From contig CATNEN010000039.1 in NCBI GenBank assembly GCA_950097015.1, positions 6,014,001 through 6,078,000 of the forward strand: DNA of 64,000 nucleotides, written 5' to 3'. Positions 1 to 14,162 of this stretch are shown piece by piece; the stretch's first letter is position 1, and the number at the start of each line of letters is the position of its first letter. Source of the DNA: Macrostomum hystrix. Its lineage: Eukaryota; Animalia; Platyhelminthes. A program made the translations under genes and the position numbers. A model generated the notes under the pieces. That model searched no databases, was not told where the DNA came from, and saw only the letters and a list, made by a program, of their open reading frames with translations.

Positions 1-3000
1 GGCATTGTTACCGCCTGTGCCAAGCATCTGCTCAGCCTGGCGCCTGAGTCGCTAGCCGGCCCGCCGTCAGCGTCAGAATCCGCCGCGCCAGCTCGACTAA
101 TTGTTAGCGGCGCCGACTGGGCGCGCCTGCTTGGCGCCGCTTCTGTGCGCTACATTCTGCGCCTTCTGATTGGCTGTTGCACAGACCACGCCGCCTCCTG
201 CCAGCTGGTTGCCAAGGAGTGCGTGCCGCTGCTGCACGGATTGGAGCAGGTATTGGAGCTTCGTCAGTTCAGTTCCTTCAGAACCTCTTCTTAGTCCTTC
301 AGGTCGATCTATTCAGGTCCTTCAGCTCGATCTCATCAGGTCTTTGAGACCAAACACTTTAGGTCCTTCAGATCCTTCAGGCCGATCTCTTCAGGTCCTT
401 CAGATCCTTCAGGCCGATTTATTCAGATCCTTCAGACCTATCTCTTCAGGTCTTTCTGGCCGATCTCTTCAGGTCCTCCAGCCGATTTATGAATTTCATT
501 CAGAGCCTCTAATGAGATTGCTTCAGGTCATTTCAGTACTTCCTTACTAATTCCCCAGCAATTCATTGTTTCCTTTTTTCCCTGAATACCTGCGCAGGTG
601 AGCAGCACTGAGCAGCTGGGCCCGCTAGCTGAGTCCCTGCTGGACACCCTGCGCTCGGCCTCGCCGGAGGCGTCCGCCATGATTGAAACCACCAGGCGAC
701 GAACTCGCGAAGAGAAAAAGCGCCTAGCAATGGCCCAGCGGCAGAAAGCGCTGGAGACTCTGAAAATGTCCACCAACAGCAAGGGTCAGGTGCGCGCCTT
801 CATTGGCGCTGTTGGCACCCTGGCCGAGGATGTCAAAGAGGAGACCGGCCTGATCTGCTGCATCTGTCGCGAGGGCTACCGTCACCAGCCTGTCAAGGTG
901 CTAGGCATCTACACCTTCAGCAGGTAAGGCTGTGCATTGCTCTGGGGTGACTCATCTAACTTATTGGTCGGCTTCGGCTGAGCCAAAAAGTTTTGGTAAG
1001 ATGTCGATTCAATTAGATTTTTAGTCTGTCTGTCTCTCTGTCTGTTCTCAAATCATTCGCAAATGACTAAAAACGAATCTCCTACACCACAGGCGCACCG
1101 AACTCGAAGAGTTGGAAGCCCGGCAGCGCAAAACCCTCGGCATCAGCACCGTGACAGCCTTCACCGTCATTCACGTCGAATGCCACGTTAGCGCCGTCAA
1201 GCACAGCCGAGAGCGCGGCGAATGGGACAGCGCCTTCCTGCACAACGGCAACGTCCGCTGCAACGGCCTGCTGCCGCTCTACGGGCCCGCCGTGCAGGCT
1301 CTTGGCTTTGCCAGCTGCCTCAGCCGTCATCACTCCTGCCTGCAGGTGAGACCGCCGCCATAAATTAGGAGCCAAAGCTGCCTTGGGTCACCTGACATCC
1401 CATTCTCAATCACTGACACATCCTCATACTCAAATCCTCTACTCACTCACCTGTCACACCGTATTGAAATCCCATTGTACTCTGCGACCCTTTCCAGGAG
1501 GCTACTCAGCTGCGCGAGATCAACTATCACGTGTACGCTCACGACCTCAAACTGCTGTTGTTGCGTTTCGCTCGCGAGCGCTCATTCTCAGACGAGACAC
1601 TCGGCGGCGGCAGGCAGAGCAATGCCCAGCTGCTGCCCTACCTGTTACACCTGGGCTTGCACCTGTTCAGCGCCAAGGACGGCGAAGCCAAGGAAGAACC
1701 AATGCAGCGTCAGTACCTGGAGGCTCAGCCGCGCTCCTGGTTAGAGGCCAGCTGGACATTGGACGGGCCCTACTATCGGTGCACTATGAGCTTCTTCCTG
1801 CACGGCCCGCGCCAGTGGGCCTCTCATCGGCTGCGACACCTTCGCCGACTGCTCTACCACGCCCACGCGGCGGCCACGACGCCCTTCGGTTCCGTCACCC
1901 TGGCTTCCGCTGAGCCGCGCGTCGGAGCCGGCGACTATCGCAGTGTGTACAAGCCGGCCCTGATGTTCTTCGGCCTGGTGGATTGCTACTACAGAACTCT
2001 ATTTGCCAACGCCAAGCAGTCTGGCTCAGAGTCCTGGGCTAAGCGCCTCACCGACTATCTGCGCCACAATGACGCCCAGATTATCGACTGCTGCAACCGG
2101 GTGCTGCGCGCTTTTGAGGACGACCTGCTGCCGTGCGAGTCCGTAGACGAGTTCTTCGACTGCGCCGGTTAGTGCCAATCGTGGCTTAAATGCTGTGAAA
2201 TTTTGATTCAAGTCTTAAAAGTACATTTCAAGTTGCTATACATACGAACCAGATGCGGCCCTCCAAACGTCCTTGTCCAGCCCCGTGGCCTCTTCCAAAA
2301 CTTAGTCTAGCCTGTCTCATCTCTCCCTGTCTCATCTCTACCTTGTCTCGCCTCTCCACTGTCTCATCTCTACCCTGTCTCACCTCTCCACTGTCTCATC
2401 TCTACCCTGTCTCATCTCTCCCTGTCTCATCTCTACCCTGTCTCATCTCTACCCTGTCTCACCTCTCCACTGTCTCATCTCTACCCTGTCTCACCTCTCC
2501 ACTGTCTCATCTCTACCCTGTCTCATCTCTCCCTGTCTCATCTCTACCCTGTCTCATCTCTACCCTGTCTCACCTCTCCACTGTCTCATCTCTACCCTGT
2601 CTCATCTCTCCCTGTCTCATCTCTACCCTGTCTCATCTCTACCCTGTCTCACCTCTCCACTGTCTCATCTCTACCCTGTCTCATCTCTCCCTGTCTCATC
2701 TCTACCCTGTCTCATCTCTCCCTGTCTCATCTCTACCCTGTCTCATCTCTCCCTGTCTCATCTCTACCCTGTCTCACCTCTCCACTGTCTCATCTCTACC
2801 CTGTCTCATCTCTCCCTGTCTCATCTCTACCCTGTCTCACCTCTCCACTGTCTCATCACTGCTATTTTATCGCCCGTCCCATTTCTCCCTAGGCTTAACT
2901 CTCCCGTGTCTCATGTATTCACAGTCAGTACGGCCTGTTAGTGCTATTTAAGTTAGGTTCCGACCCCTGCTTTCGAAGTCCTTAGTTCTGACATGAAAAG

Positions 3001-3181
3001 TACATTTTATTAAATAATGGTATGCCAGCTTCCAGGTTGACTGTATTATTTAAAAGTACGAAACTCGATTGCTTATTCTGCACAATTGCTACCATCTCTC
3101 TTTTTTGCAGGTCTGCTACAAGAGGCGCCTAATCCCATGCAGTTCCTTAAAGAGACCCTGGAGGGCAAGTTTGACGATTAG
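1..3181 (+). CDS. UBR4: E3 ubiquitin ligase UBR4/p600, C-terminal part (5' end outside window). Exons <1-249, 598-923, 1093-1345, 1498-2167, 3111-3181
   Basis: Spliced translation gives LHGLEQ|VSSTEQLGPLAESLLDTLR, EKKRLAMAQRQKAL, GLICCICREGY...KVLGIYTF, IHVECH...NVRCNGLLPL, HDLKLLLLRFA...GGGRQSN, matching the recalled UBR4 C-terminus. GT-AG junctions keep frame; stop TAG at 3179-3181. Confidence 0.92.
270..535. repeat. Degenerate short tandem repeat (cttcaggtc/cttcagatc/gccgatct) in a UBR4 intron
   Basis: Many imperfect cttcag units visible. Confidence 0.7.
2311..2857. repeat. 16-bp minisatellite (tgtctcatctctaccc)n in the last UBR4 intron
   Basis: Direct tandem units; explains ORF 2253..2951. 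Confidence 0.95.
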
Positions 3182-4611
3182 TATTCCACCTGACAGACCG
3201 CCTTAATTCATTCACCTGAACTGCTTTTTCTGAAATGGAGAAACCAACAATGGGAAACCAATTTCCGAATAGCAAAACTGAGTTCTGATTCATTCTGAAT
3301 AGTACTGAACATTGTCACTCCTACTGTATGTACCCTTATAAAATTATAAATATATCCTCTTTCAGTTCTTTTTCTGTGCTTGGCCTCAGTTTTCTCATTT
3401 TAATTTCTTCTGTGTTATTATAATAATTAATAAATATATAATATAATAATAATAATAAATATGACTACTTATTCAGACTGCTCATTTTCCTATTTCGCCC
3501 ATCTCAACTCCTACTGCCTTAATTATAATAAGGTAGTTATTATAACTATTATGTTAATTATGTTATAATAATAATAATAATAATAAATATGATTACTCGT
3601 TGCAAATTAGCTTTTATTTTTTGCTTCGTATTTCTGTCCTAATTATGCTTATTGGTGTCTCGATGATGACGTCACTGACCTCAAAGGATGCTTAGTTAAA
3701 TTTCATAGTTTGTATTGGCAGAACATTTTGCCTCGCATACGCTGAGTTACTCATCAGTGAGTAGTACATTCAGAGCATCGGTGCTCTGTCATCATCTCCA
3801 CCAATAATGCTTCTTGTTGCCATGCTGTCACTGTCCTGGGTTTGTTTCGATTTTATTCCGAAATTCAAATATTATTTTACTCATAGTAAACATTTTGTTT
3901 CGGATTGGAGTTTATTACCAACAGGTCAATGAAATCTGGGATTGTAAAACTAACTGCTCATTTCACTATACTCCCGGTTTACCTAAATATGAGACTCGAG
4001 AAATAATAAATTGGCCAGTTCTGCGCCCTGAGTTGTGTTTGTTTGTTTGATGTGTGCGCGGATTTATTTGTCAGACTAAAGCCCCTCTATTTGCTCCTTT
4101 TATTTGTTTGAAGTGCTTAGAAATGCTGATTGGTTCGCTGTCTGTTCCCCCTTTCAGTGACTTGATCTTCGCTTTTCATTTACTTTATTAGAAATGCCGT
4201 GCGCGCTGTTTTGAGTAGAATGTTAGTTTTTGACAGGTAAGATAAACTGAAAACTTGTAAACATGTACTCAAATATAGCTTTGTTTGGTCTAAAGCCAAA
4301 CCTGTACCCTCCCCATCCTCTGCATTGCTAACCGAATCGTCTAGAAGTTTTAGATAACAGTAGTCTATGTGATCTTTTCTTTATAACAAAGAACTTTAAA
4401 AGGCTAACACCTACCATTGTTGGCTAGACAAATATATACGACCGGATTTCATAAACAAGGATGGTAAAATGCTAAGCATTGTTAATTTAATGTTTCTCAC
4501 TATACAATTGTCTTGCTGGTTGTGTTTTTACACTCGTAAAACTTGTTGTGTTTTCTTTGAAAACCCGTCAAAATATGTCTAATTAAAGTTTCTTTATGAC
4601 ATACATGATGA

Positions 4612-5168
4612 GACTCACCCTGACACTCGCCATCTGACCCTGACACTGGCCGTCTCACTCTAGCACTCGCCATCTGACCCTGACACTGGCCGTCTCACCC
4701 TGACACTGGCCGTCTCACTCTAACACTCGCCATCTGACCCTGACACTGGCCGTCTCACTCTGACACTCGCTATCTGACCCTGACACTCGCCGTCTCACCC
4801 TGACACTCGCTATCTCACTCTGACACTCGCTATCTCACCCCAATTTCATATCCTTAACAGCAGAAGAAAAATCTAACCACATAATGGCTCAAGACGATAG
4901 GGAAACCGCTGAAGCTTTAGCAAAATACATCATAGAAATATCTAAAATAAGGGAACAGCTGCCCTGAGACTACGAGATCTTACTAGCATTCAACAATAGA
5001 TATTTCATATTTTGTTTTATCCCTGGCGTCCCTGCTATCCTTGCTATCCCTGCTATCCCTGGCGACACTCTCTATCTGACCCTGACACTCGCCGTCTCAC
5101 TCTGACACTCGCTATCTGACCCTAACACTCGCCGTCTCACTCTGACACTCGCCATCTGACCCTGACAA
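4612..5168. repeat. ~20-bp minisatellite (ccctgacactcgccatctga/ccgtctcac) in two blocks, 4612-4840 and 5063-5168
   Basis: Tandem units visible. Confidence 0.85.
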
Positions 5169-6565
5169 TCGTTAGTCACCGTCACCATAGGCCTGAAAAC
5201 ATTTCATATTAAAGATGTACTAAGGCGGAAGGTCTTTTGTTTAAGAGATGGAATGGCAGCGAAGATATGCTGCGATTGCGCGTGTATTTATACAAAGTAA
5301 ACAGGTGGCAGGATGAAGGGGCCTAGGGATCTGCGAAGAAGTGGCCGTGACAGACTTCACCTCAACTAGACTGAGGTTGGGGGTTTGAGTGCAGCTGCAC
5401 CGGCGCTGGCCGGTCGCGTATGGTCTGGCCGCCACAGTACATTGCATATAATACAACAAACAGATACAATTTGGAAAATTACGAGTACAACAGACATGCA
5501 CTTAGAAAATAATATATGTTACAGGCGAGTTCAATGTCCATTGCTAAACTTATGAGATACTTAGTACATGAGATACTTTGCGCACTCGTTGATGGCGCGC
5601 AGCTGACCTCCGCCTAAAATACGTGTTCTCACCAAAGATGCGCTCTACCGTTGTGCAATTAGACATGTCTGTTCCACCCAGGAGCAGTGAATACCCTTGC
5701 TGGCGGTTGACTCCGACGTCCACAGGGTGGCTCTCTCACACTCTGGAATTGCGGTATTGAAGCCTCGCTGTTTCGCAATTCACAATCGCTCAGGCCGATG
5801 TGGCTGAGGTCACGGTGGATGTAGTCCAAGTGAAGGCAAGGACCACAAGGTCCTTGGTGCGAGATCATGCCGATCGCATTTTCAGATATAAACGTGAAGT
5901 GAAATTCACGCAGAAATTGCGCAGAGTGCTGGTCGGGCCAACTTTCGTCTTGCTTTAGCCGATCTGGTGACAAAGAGCCCATGTGACAAATAGCCCTTTT
6001 TGGTGACACTAATGGGAATGTCCTTCAAGACGAGATTCCAAACCAGGATAGTGAGCACACCAGCCCAGATCCAAGGACCACTAGGAGTAAACTAGCCTAT
6101 TAGTAGATCGAGCTCAGCAGCCTTAGAGTCTTAACTTTTGAGACGAGGCGTCCATTGGCAAAACCCCCGGCAAAAAAACTGGCCTTCTAAACTCTTTCCA
6201 AGAAACTTAGTTTCCCGTTCTTCTACTCCCAGTGGCCCTTACACAATCATTTTCCAAATATTGCGAAAACTGTTTAACATTTGGAAGATGATGTGTGTGC
6301 AACAACATTCAATCCGGACTTTATATAAAATAAAACAAATGTCTCAATTTAACCTATAGTAACACTGCTATGTGTTGAAAAGTACTGAGTTTTCCTAGTA
6401 AGTATAAAACATGTCTCAATTTTGCAATTAAATAAACAGAGTCAGTAGTTACACCTAAGCCACCTTCCCACATGAACAACATCATGATTTTCTTCGAACA
6501 CTCTTGTCATTCATTATCATTTGAGCTTTCGACCTGTTTCAGTTGTCCTTTATTTTAAATTTTCT

Positions 6566-9500
6566 ATGGCTTCTAGTGGAGATACTCTTGAGATCGATGG
6601 AAGCATTCTCGAAGGTGTAAGTTATACCAGACTTTTTATTGCTTCTTTACTATTTACTATCTATTTTATAAGGCGTCGTTTTTATGATGGATTAAGCAGT
6701 TACAGCAACTAAGAATAAAGATAACGAAAATTTGTCGAAAATAAATTGTGGACTTCTGTTAGGCCTAGGAGGCGCGAATACATGAATAATACCAGAGTAG
6801 GCCTAACACTGAGTTTGAAGTGTTAAAGCTTGACCTGAAACCCACATTATATTCACAGTAAAAATATGAACTTATTATTAATGCTGTAACAGTACAGTTA
6901 ACAGTTGCTGGTATATCTTTTGCAACCCCAATGTTTGCATACATTTGCACTTTTTAGTCACCTAATTATATATTTGAAAATATTTACATTTGTTAGGCCT
7001 ATATAATGAAGAGTTACGTCTAATACATTTTCACTTTCACATTTGACTATTAATATTAAAGTCAAGTATTTTGCATTTTCCAGTTTTGAAATGACTGTTA
7101 AGCCTCTTCACATCTAAACATTTTTATATGCAGCACAGCCACTAAAAACATGAACTTTTAACAATATAAAAAATAATATTTAGAATTTTGCATTTTTATT
7201 AAATTTTAACTGATTCAACTTTCTATAAAGCAATAAAAAATGAATAACATAAATATAGCTCTAATTAGTAATTTTATCACAATTAATATAGCTTTTCTCC
7301 TCAGACTTTTGTCTTTGCTAAATTGACAAATGCCAGCTTAACTCTATATAAATGGCACTATCACTTTTAGTATTAACAAAATATTAAGTACGTCTTTAAT
7401 AACTAATTCAGATATAACAATTTAAATAATCAATTCATCTCATGCTCTAACAAATTTTATAGTTAAAACTCTAACTTCAATTACTACTGGAACTAATAAA
7501 CTGCACATTTGTTTTGCTTTTATCAGGGTGGGCAAATTCTGCGCAATGCCATTGCCCTGTCTGCCCTTCTGCGACGCCCTGTTTGCATATCGCGAATCCG
7601 CGCTGGCCGTGACAAGCCAGGTCTGAAAGCACAGCATAGTGCGGGTATTCAGCTGGTTCAGCGCATTATTAGAGCCGATTGCCAAGGCTGCCAGCGGGAC
7701 AGTCAGCTGGTGACTTTCCGACCGCCGGCTGCAACACCTGGCAACGGTGCTGCACCAGGTATGACCCTGCTTAACGAGCTTGTTCACTTTGTCAAGTGGA
7801 GGCGGCTGTAGCCTAATGGTCAGGGCATCATGTCTTGAAGGTCGAGGGTTCGACTCCCGATTCCAATAGAACAATTTGTATTGTGGTTAAATGGGTACCA
7901 GCATTAGCTGGGGTAATTGAGGGTGGATTCAGTCCCCCCAGTCCATGGACTGAACAGCCGTACGCAGTCTTCAGATGTGCCTCGCGATTGGGTTAAGTGT
8001 AATTATCAACGAAGCTAAATTTAGACATCGACTGAGACAATTTGATAAATGTTTAATACTTTATTCCAGGTGGCGACTACAACGAAGATATAGGCACCGC
8101 TGGCAGTGTCTGCCTCCTAGTACAGGCCGCCCTGCCGGTTCTCGCCTTCGCCGATTCAGCCTCCAGGCTGCGCATCCGGGGCGGCACCAATGTGGACTTC
8201 GCACCGCCGGCCGAGCATTTCTCCAGCACCCTGGCGCCCATCCTGGAATCAGCCCTAGGACTGCGATTCAGTCTGACCGTTGGTAGGCGCGGCTTCTATC
8301 CGCGCGGCGGTGGCGAGGTCACGCTTGAGGTCACCCCAGTAACACGCGGAACCACACTGACTCCGGTGCGCCTATTAGAGCAGGGCCGGCTAGTTCGGGT
8401 CACCGGCAGAGCCTTCGCCTGCGGCGCTGTGCCGTCGCACGTGGCCGATCAGGTGTGGTTGATTGCGCTCTACTTGTTATTTAGGCAAGGCGTGCTGCTT
8501 GTGCCTGAATGGCAGTCTGTCTGAATCTTAAAATAGGCCATAAATCGTGGGTCTGGCAGTGAAAGAAATAAATACAGTCTAAAAGGTGATTGCCGCTCCA
8601 GCCAATCAGCGATGAGAGCGGTGTGATTACGGCGGCCTCACTGGTTCGGCCAGTTAGGGGGTAGGAAAGCAAGATAATGGTGTCCTCCACTCCAGCCAAT
8701 CAGCGCTTGGTTTGATAAACATAGTCGTTGGGGTTCGCTTTTTCACAGTGTGGCTCACACTTTGTGTTTTAGTTGTGATGTCTTAGTTGTGAGTCTGTGA
8801 CACAAAACAGGACTGCCTATTCTGTTAGTCCGTCTGTTAGCTTGTTGTTACAAGTATATAATGAAGAGTTAGGCCTAAGAAATTTTCACATTTGGCTATA
8901 AATATTAAAGTATTTTATACCTTACTTGATAATTTGCGTGCCTATATCAAAAAGGCGGCAGTCAATGCGAGATAAAACTTTTTTATGTGCGGCCCTGGTT
9001 TAAATGTGGCGATTGCCACTCCAGCCAATCAGCGATGATAAAGGGGTGATTAATGCGGCTTTACTGGCGCGGCCAGTAGGGGGGTAGAAAAGCTAGATAA
9101 GGGCGTCCGCCACTCCAGCCAATCAGCGCTGGATATGATGAAAACGATTGACTAACAGGACGTTTGTCCGCAATTTGGCCCAAGCAGTGAAAATGTTTTA
9201 CAAATATTCGGTTGTGCAGCGTGTGGATGGGAGGGTTGAAAATCTGGATCAAGGCATAAAGCTTGTGAAGTTTGCGTTTAATCATCTTACTATGCACGCA
9301 AAAAATGTTTGACCAATCGCGTCACGCCATTTTCTACCCCTCAAACCTCCGCACCCACCCCTTCGGTGTCGATAGTATAGCTGCAAACTATTTCACCCCT
9401 TCAATAAGCTCAATAAATACGACAGTTGAGGCGTTTTGTTTAATTTCTTAGCTTGACAGGAAGCTGCGATCTATTCTGTCTCAGTTGTTTCCTATCTCGT

Positions 9501-10343
9501 TAAAACAAGGGCAATGTCACATTTTTAATATGCAGCATTGCACAGAAAGTTAAGGTGGTGGGGCCGGTAGTGGTGATTTCTGTGGTGAGTTTCGGAATAG
9601 TTGTAATTTAAATATGCAAGTACATCGATTTGCGTGTTCACGTCATGCTACTGAGCTGTAGTAGTATGCACGACGCCATTTCTTTCGCATTTGTTTCAAT
9701 CATCATACCAGATGCATGTGGTTCGTATCGATTGAAATTTCTCCGAATTCCAGATGGTCTCCGCTGCGCGCCAACTACTTGCCGCCGCCTACCCAGACGT
9801 CGATGCATCCGCGGCTTTCGCCGACATACTCGTCGAAAAGCAGCCCGGCGGCTTCGGCAATGGCTGCGGCATCGCCCTGACTGCGCACACTTCCACCGGC
9901 TGCCTTCTGGGCGCCAACGCCATGGGCAGGCGCGGCGTGCCTGCGCGAGACGTCGCAGCCGAGGCTGTCAAGAGCCTGCTGGCCGACCTTCGGCGCGGCG
10001 CCTGCGTTGATGTGCACACCCAGGTGCGATTAAAGTCCAAGTAGCTTTAAGTAGCGAAGCATTATAATTCTTAAGCGAACATTTGAGTCCTGAGTGAGTT
10101 GATCCTTATCTCTGCTAGGATCAGGTGGTGCTGTTCATGGCCTTGGCTAGCGGTGACTCGGCCGTCCGAGTCGGCCCGCTGACCCTGCACACCCGGACAG
10201 CTGTCCACGTGGCCGAGCTTCTCACCGGCGTCCGCTTCAGCATCGGCGAGGACACAACCCGGCCAGGCAAGGCCGACGGCGAGGGCGATGGTAACTGTGT
10301 TCTGTCTTGTCAAGGCATTGGCTTCAAGATTGATCAGGATTGA
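6566..10343 (+). CDS. RTCA: RNA 3'-terminal phosphate cyclase. Exons 6566-6616, 7527-7758, 8070-8452, 9754-10023, 10119-10343 (386 aa)
   Basis: EIDGSILEG|GGQILRNAIALS, IRAGRDKPGLKAQH, TAGSVCLLVQAALP, IRGGTNVDFAP, RRGFYPRGGGEV, QDQVVLFMALA, and the catalytic His motif TLHTRTA (favours RtcA over Rcl1). Exons total 1161 nt in frame with GT-AG introns. Confidence 0.93.
7797..7925 (+). mobile_element. tRNA-derived SINE fragment (second family) in RTCA intron 2
   Basis: Pol III A box TAGCCTAATGG (~7809) and B box GGTTCGACTCC (~7847), followed by AAATGGGTACCAGCATTAGCTGGGG. Confidence 0.5.
8588..9130. repeat. Two diverged ~120-bp direct repeats (8588-8706, 9010-9129), each with two ctccagccaatcagcg motifs
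   Basis: Direct sequence comparison. Confidence 0.65.
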
Positions 10344-10587
10344 TGGCTATGCGACCAATGGAGTTCATTGCTGGTGATTGTGAACATCGTTTTATTCTGA
10401 TAGTTTAGAAATAAATCAATTATAAATTAATTAAATCAATTAAAAAATCCGCCTTCTCAACGAGATGGTACACGTTAATATTCTAAGCATTTGCTTCATT
10501 CTAAGGGCATTAAATATTCGAAAAAGCTGTCATTTTCGGCAATACTTTAAGGTCTTTTTTCATGTTTAGAATAGGTCTTATTAGATT

Positions 10588-11650
10588 GGGGGAAGTATGA
10601 ATTATCGAGGGGGAAGTATGAATTATCGAGGGGGAAGCATGGATTATCGAGGGGGAAGCATGAATTATCGAGGGGGAAGCATGAATTATCGAGGGGGAAG
10701 TATGAATTATCGAGGGGGAAGCATGAATTATCGAGGGAAAAGCATGAATTATCGAGGGGGAAGTATGAATTATCGAGGGAAAAGCATGAATTATCGAGGG
10801 GGAAGTATGAATTATCGAGGGGGAAGCATGAATTATCGAGGGAAAAGCATGAATTATCGAGGGGGAAGTATGAATTATCGAGGGGGAAGCATGAATTATC
10901 GAGGGGGAAGCATGAATTATCGAGGGGGAAGTATGAATTATCGAGGGGGAAGCATGAATTATCGAGGGGGAAGCATGAATTATCGAGGGGGAAGCATGAG
11001 TTATCGAGGGGGGAAGCATGAATTATCGAGGGGGAAGCATGAATTATCGAATGGGAAGCATGAATTATCGAGGGGGAAGCATGAATTATCGAAGGGGGAA
11101 GCATGAATTATCGAAGGGGGAAGCATGAATTATCGAAGGGGAAGCATGAATTATCGAAGGGGAAGCATGAATTATCGAGGGGAAGCATGAATTATCGAAT
11201 GGGAAGCATGAATTATCGAGGGGGAAGCATGAATTATCGAGGGGGAAGCATGAATTATCGAGGGGAAGCATGAATTATCGAATGGGAAGGCATGAATTAT
11301 CGAATGGGAAGCATGAATTATCGAGGGGGAAGCATGAATTATCGAGGGGGAAGCATGAATTATCGAGGGAAGGCATGAATTATCGAATGGGAAGCATGAA
11401 TTATCGAGGGGGAAGCATGAATTATCGAGGGAAAAGCATGAATTATCGAGGGGGAAGCATGAATTATCGAGGGGGAAGCATGAATTTTCGAGGGGGAAGC
11501 ATGAATTATCGAGGGAAAAGCATGAATTATCGAGGGAAAAGCATGAATTATCGAGGGGGAAGCATGAATTATCGAGGGGGAAGCATGAATTATCGAGGGG
11601 GAAGCATGAATTATCGAGGGGGAAGCATGAATTATCGAGGGGGAAGCATG
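10588..11650. repeat. 21-bp minisatellite (gggggaagcatgaattatcga)n, with degenerate relics at ~11690-11770 and ~12650-12770
   Basis: About 50 tandem units; explains the MNYRGGS and SIIHASP ORFs. Confidence 0.97.
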
Positions 11651-13007
11651 ATTTTTCAGCTGGCTTGCATTATTTATCGAAAGGGTTCAAGTGGATTACC
11701 GAAGGGGTAGCATAATATATTATATTGAGACAGTAGGAAGCATGATTTTTACAAAGGATAGCATGATTGCAGGTTGCAGCTTATATATTCTCAAATGATC
11801 TCGACTTCAATCATTGTGCCGCTTTCTTTTCATCTAGCTCCGTTGTTTATCGGTACTTTTGTTCTGCAGAATGCAGGTCAAATTTCAGCACCAGTTTTAC
11901 GTAAGTATACTTTTTTTTTTAGGTTTTTGGGTACAGGTAACTGTTAATAGTAAGAGCTATTCATGCGCTTCTGTCAAAGCAAATATTTCTTAGCTTATTT
12001 ACTCTTCTCTCTCGAAGAAAACAATAATTTTTAAGTGCAGCAGCAAGTTTTATTCGATACAAAACTGAGGAAAGAATTTTCGAGCATATATGCCAGCTTT
12101 TTCAGATTCAGAAACATAAGAATTTACTTTGAGCAAAGCTATTAGCGTTGTTCATTTAAAATTGTAACGTTTTTTCAAACATTCTTGCAGGCAATATTCA
12201 ATAGCATTAAAAATAAATGTAGACTGTTTGAGCATACGTTACTGTTTGCATTTTTTATATTCCAAACTTACAAAACTTTACTAGCATAGGTAAAAGCGTT
12301 ATTTTTTTACTTTTTTGTCGTGCATTCCGTCAAACGTCATCGATTAAAAAATAATGACTGTTCGAGCATACGTAGCTGCTTGCGTTATTTTATTTTCAAA
12401 ACTAAAGAAAGGTGTTTCGAGCATTGCATTTGTTATTACATTTAAAACTAGGGGAACATATTTTATTAATAGCTGATGGCGTTATTCTTTTGTAAACTGA
12501 GCGTTTTTTCAAGTCGGACAGCTAGTAATATTTTTTAATATATTTTGAAAGCATTATATTTCGCACAAGACATAATACAAATTAATATAGCACTAGATAT
12601 CAATGGATAGCAGTACATTAATGTTATAGAATTTTTTTCAAGAGGATGGATTCATTTATTGAGGTGGTAGCATGACTTATCGGAGGGGTAGCATGAATTA
12701 TGGAGGGGATAGAATGAATTTTCGAGGGGAAGTATGATGTATCGAGAAGAAGCATTAATTATCGAGAGAGTTTGCATATTGTAAATTATTGTTCTTCTCA
12801 TGGCTGCAAAGCGTGATTTTCTTACCCCAAGGGGGTCATGGTTGCTAGTCGATTATACTAAAAATAAAAACTTGTGAATAAACGTGCATATTCCACTACT
12901 GCACTTTAAATGTTTTATTGCAATTTTCTAAAAAGCCTCACTAACTTAGGACAGTATTCATTTTTCTTTTTTGAAATTTAGACATCCTTTGTCTACACAA
13001 GCTGATC

Positions 13008-13190
13008 GGTGAGTAAACTGTGAATGAATCAGTGAGTAAACTGTGAATGAATCAGTGAGTAAACTGTGAATGAATCAGGGAGTGAACTGTGAATGAATCA
13101 GTGAGTAAACTGTGAATGAATCAGTGAGTAAACTGTGAATGAATCAGTGAGTAAACTGTGAATGAATAAGTGAATGAAATGTGAATGAAT
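13008..13190. repeat. 23-bp minisatellite (gtgagtaaactgtgaatgaatca)n, ~8 units
   Basis: Tandem units; the paralogous array at 25577-26080 has ~21 units. Confidence 0.95.
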
Positions 13191-13507
13191 TATTGACTAA
13201 GCTGGAAATAACCGACCAAGCTGTAATCATGGCCCTGATTTCGAGTTCATGAATGAATCGTCAAAGTCGCAACCAGTTCCAGGACGCACTAATTTATCTG
13301 TCTGAATTAAACTGCTTGCACAACTGCTCACTTCATTTAATTAATATCGGCACCAGCAGCTTTGCTTGCTGACCTTGTGAGTCTGACATTAGATTGAATT
13401 CCAGACGGACTTTCTAGACACGAGCTGGTGTACTTCTGTTTGCACTTTTCGACCATTTGAAAGACTGTTAGGAATCAGTCAGTTGTTAATTTTTTACTTA
13501 TTCTTTA

Positions 13508-14162
13508 CCGTGTCTACCCTCGACCTTCACCGTTTCCACCTTCGACATTCAGTGTGTCCACCCTCGACTTTCACCGTGTCCACCGTCGTCTTTCAGTATG
13601 TCCACCGTCGTCCTTCAGTGTGTCCACCTTTGTCCTGCCGGGTGTCCACCGTCGTCCTTCAGTGTGTCCACCGTCCTTCAGTGTGTCCACCGTCGTCCTT
13701 CAGTGTGTCCACCGTCCTTCAGTATGTCCACCGTCGTCCTTTAGTGTGTCCACCTTCGTCCTTCAATGTGTCCACCGTCGTCCATCAGTATGTCCACCGT
13801 CGTCCTTCCGTGTGTCCACCGTCATCCATCAGTGTGTCCACCGTCGTCCTTCAGTATGTCCACCCTCGACCTTCACCGTGTCCACCTTCGTCCTTCAGTA
13901 TGTCCACCGTCGTCCTTTAGTGTGTCCAACGTCGTCCTTCAGTGTGTCCACCATCGTCCTTTAGTGTGTCCACCGTCGTCCTTTAGTATGTCCACCGTCG
14001 TCCTTCAGTGTGTCCACCGTCGTCCTTTAGTATGTCCACCGTCGTCCTTCAGTGTGTCCACCGTCGTCCATCAGTATGTCCACCGTCGTCCTTCCGTGTG
14101 TCCACCGTCATCCATCAGTGTGTCCACCGTCGTTCTTCAGTGTGTCCACCTTCGTCCTTCAG
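13508..14162. repeat. ~22-bp minisatellite (tgtccaccgtcgtccttcagtg)n
   Basis: Tandem units; the paralog at 26400-26728 is shorter. Confidence 0.93.

Noticed and set aside
270-535. Repeated cttcag|gtc as recursive splice sites in a UBR4 intron
   Set aside because: The intron is only ~350 bp and the GTC donors are weak; a degenerate tandem repeat explains it.
10510-11710. RGG-rich repeat protein (MNYRGGS)n
   Set aside because: A 21-bp satellite with frameshifting unit-length changes, open on both strands.
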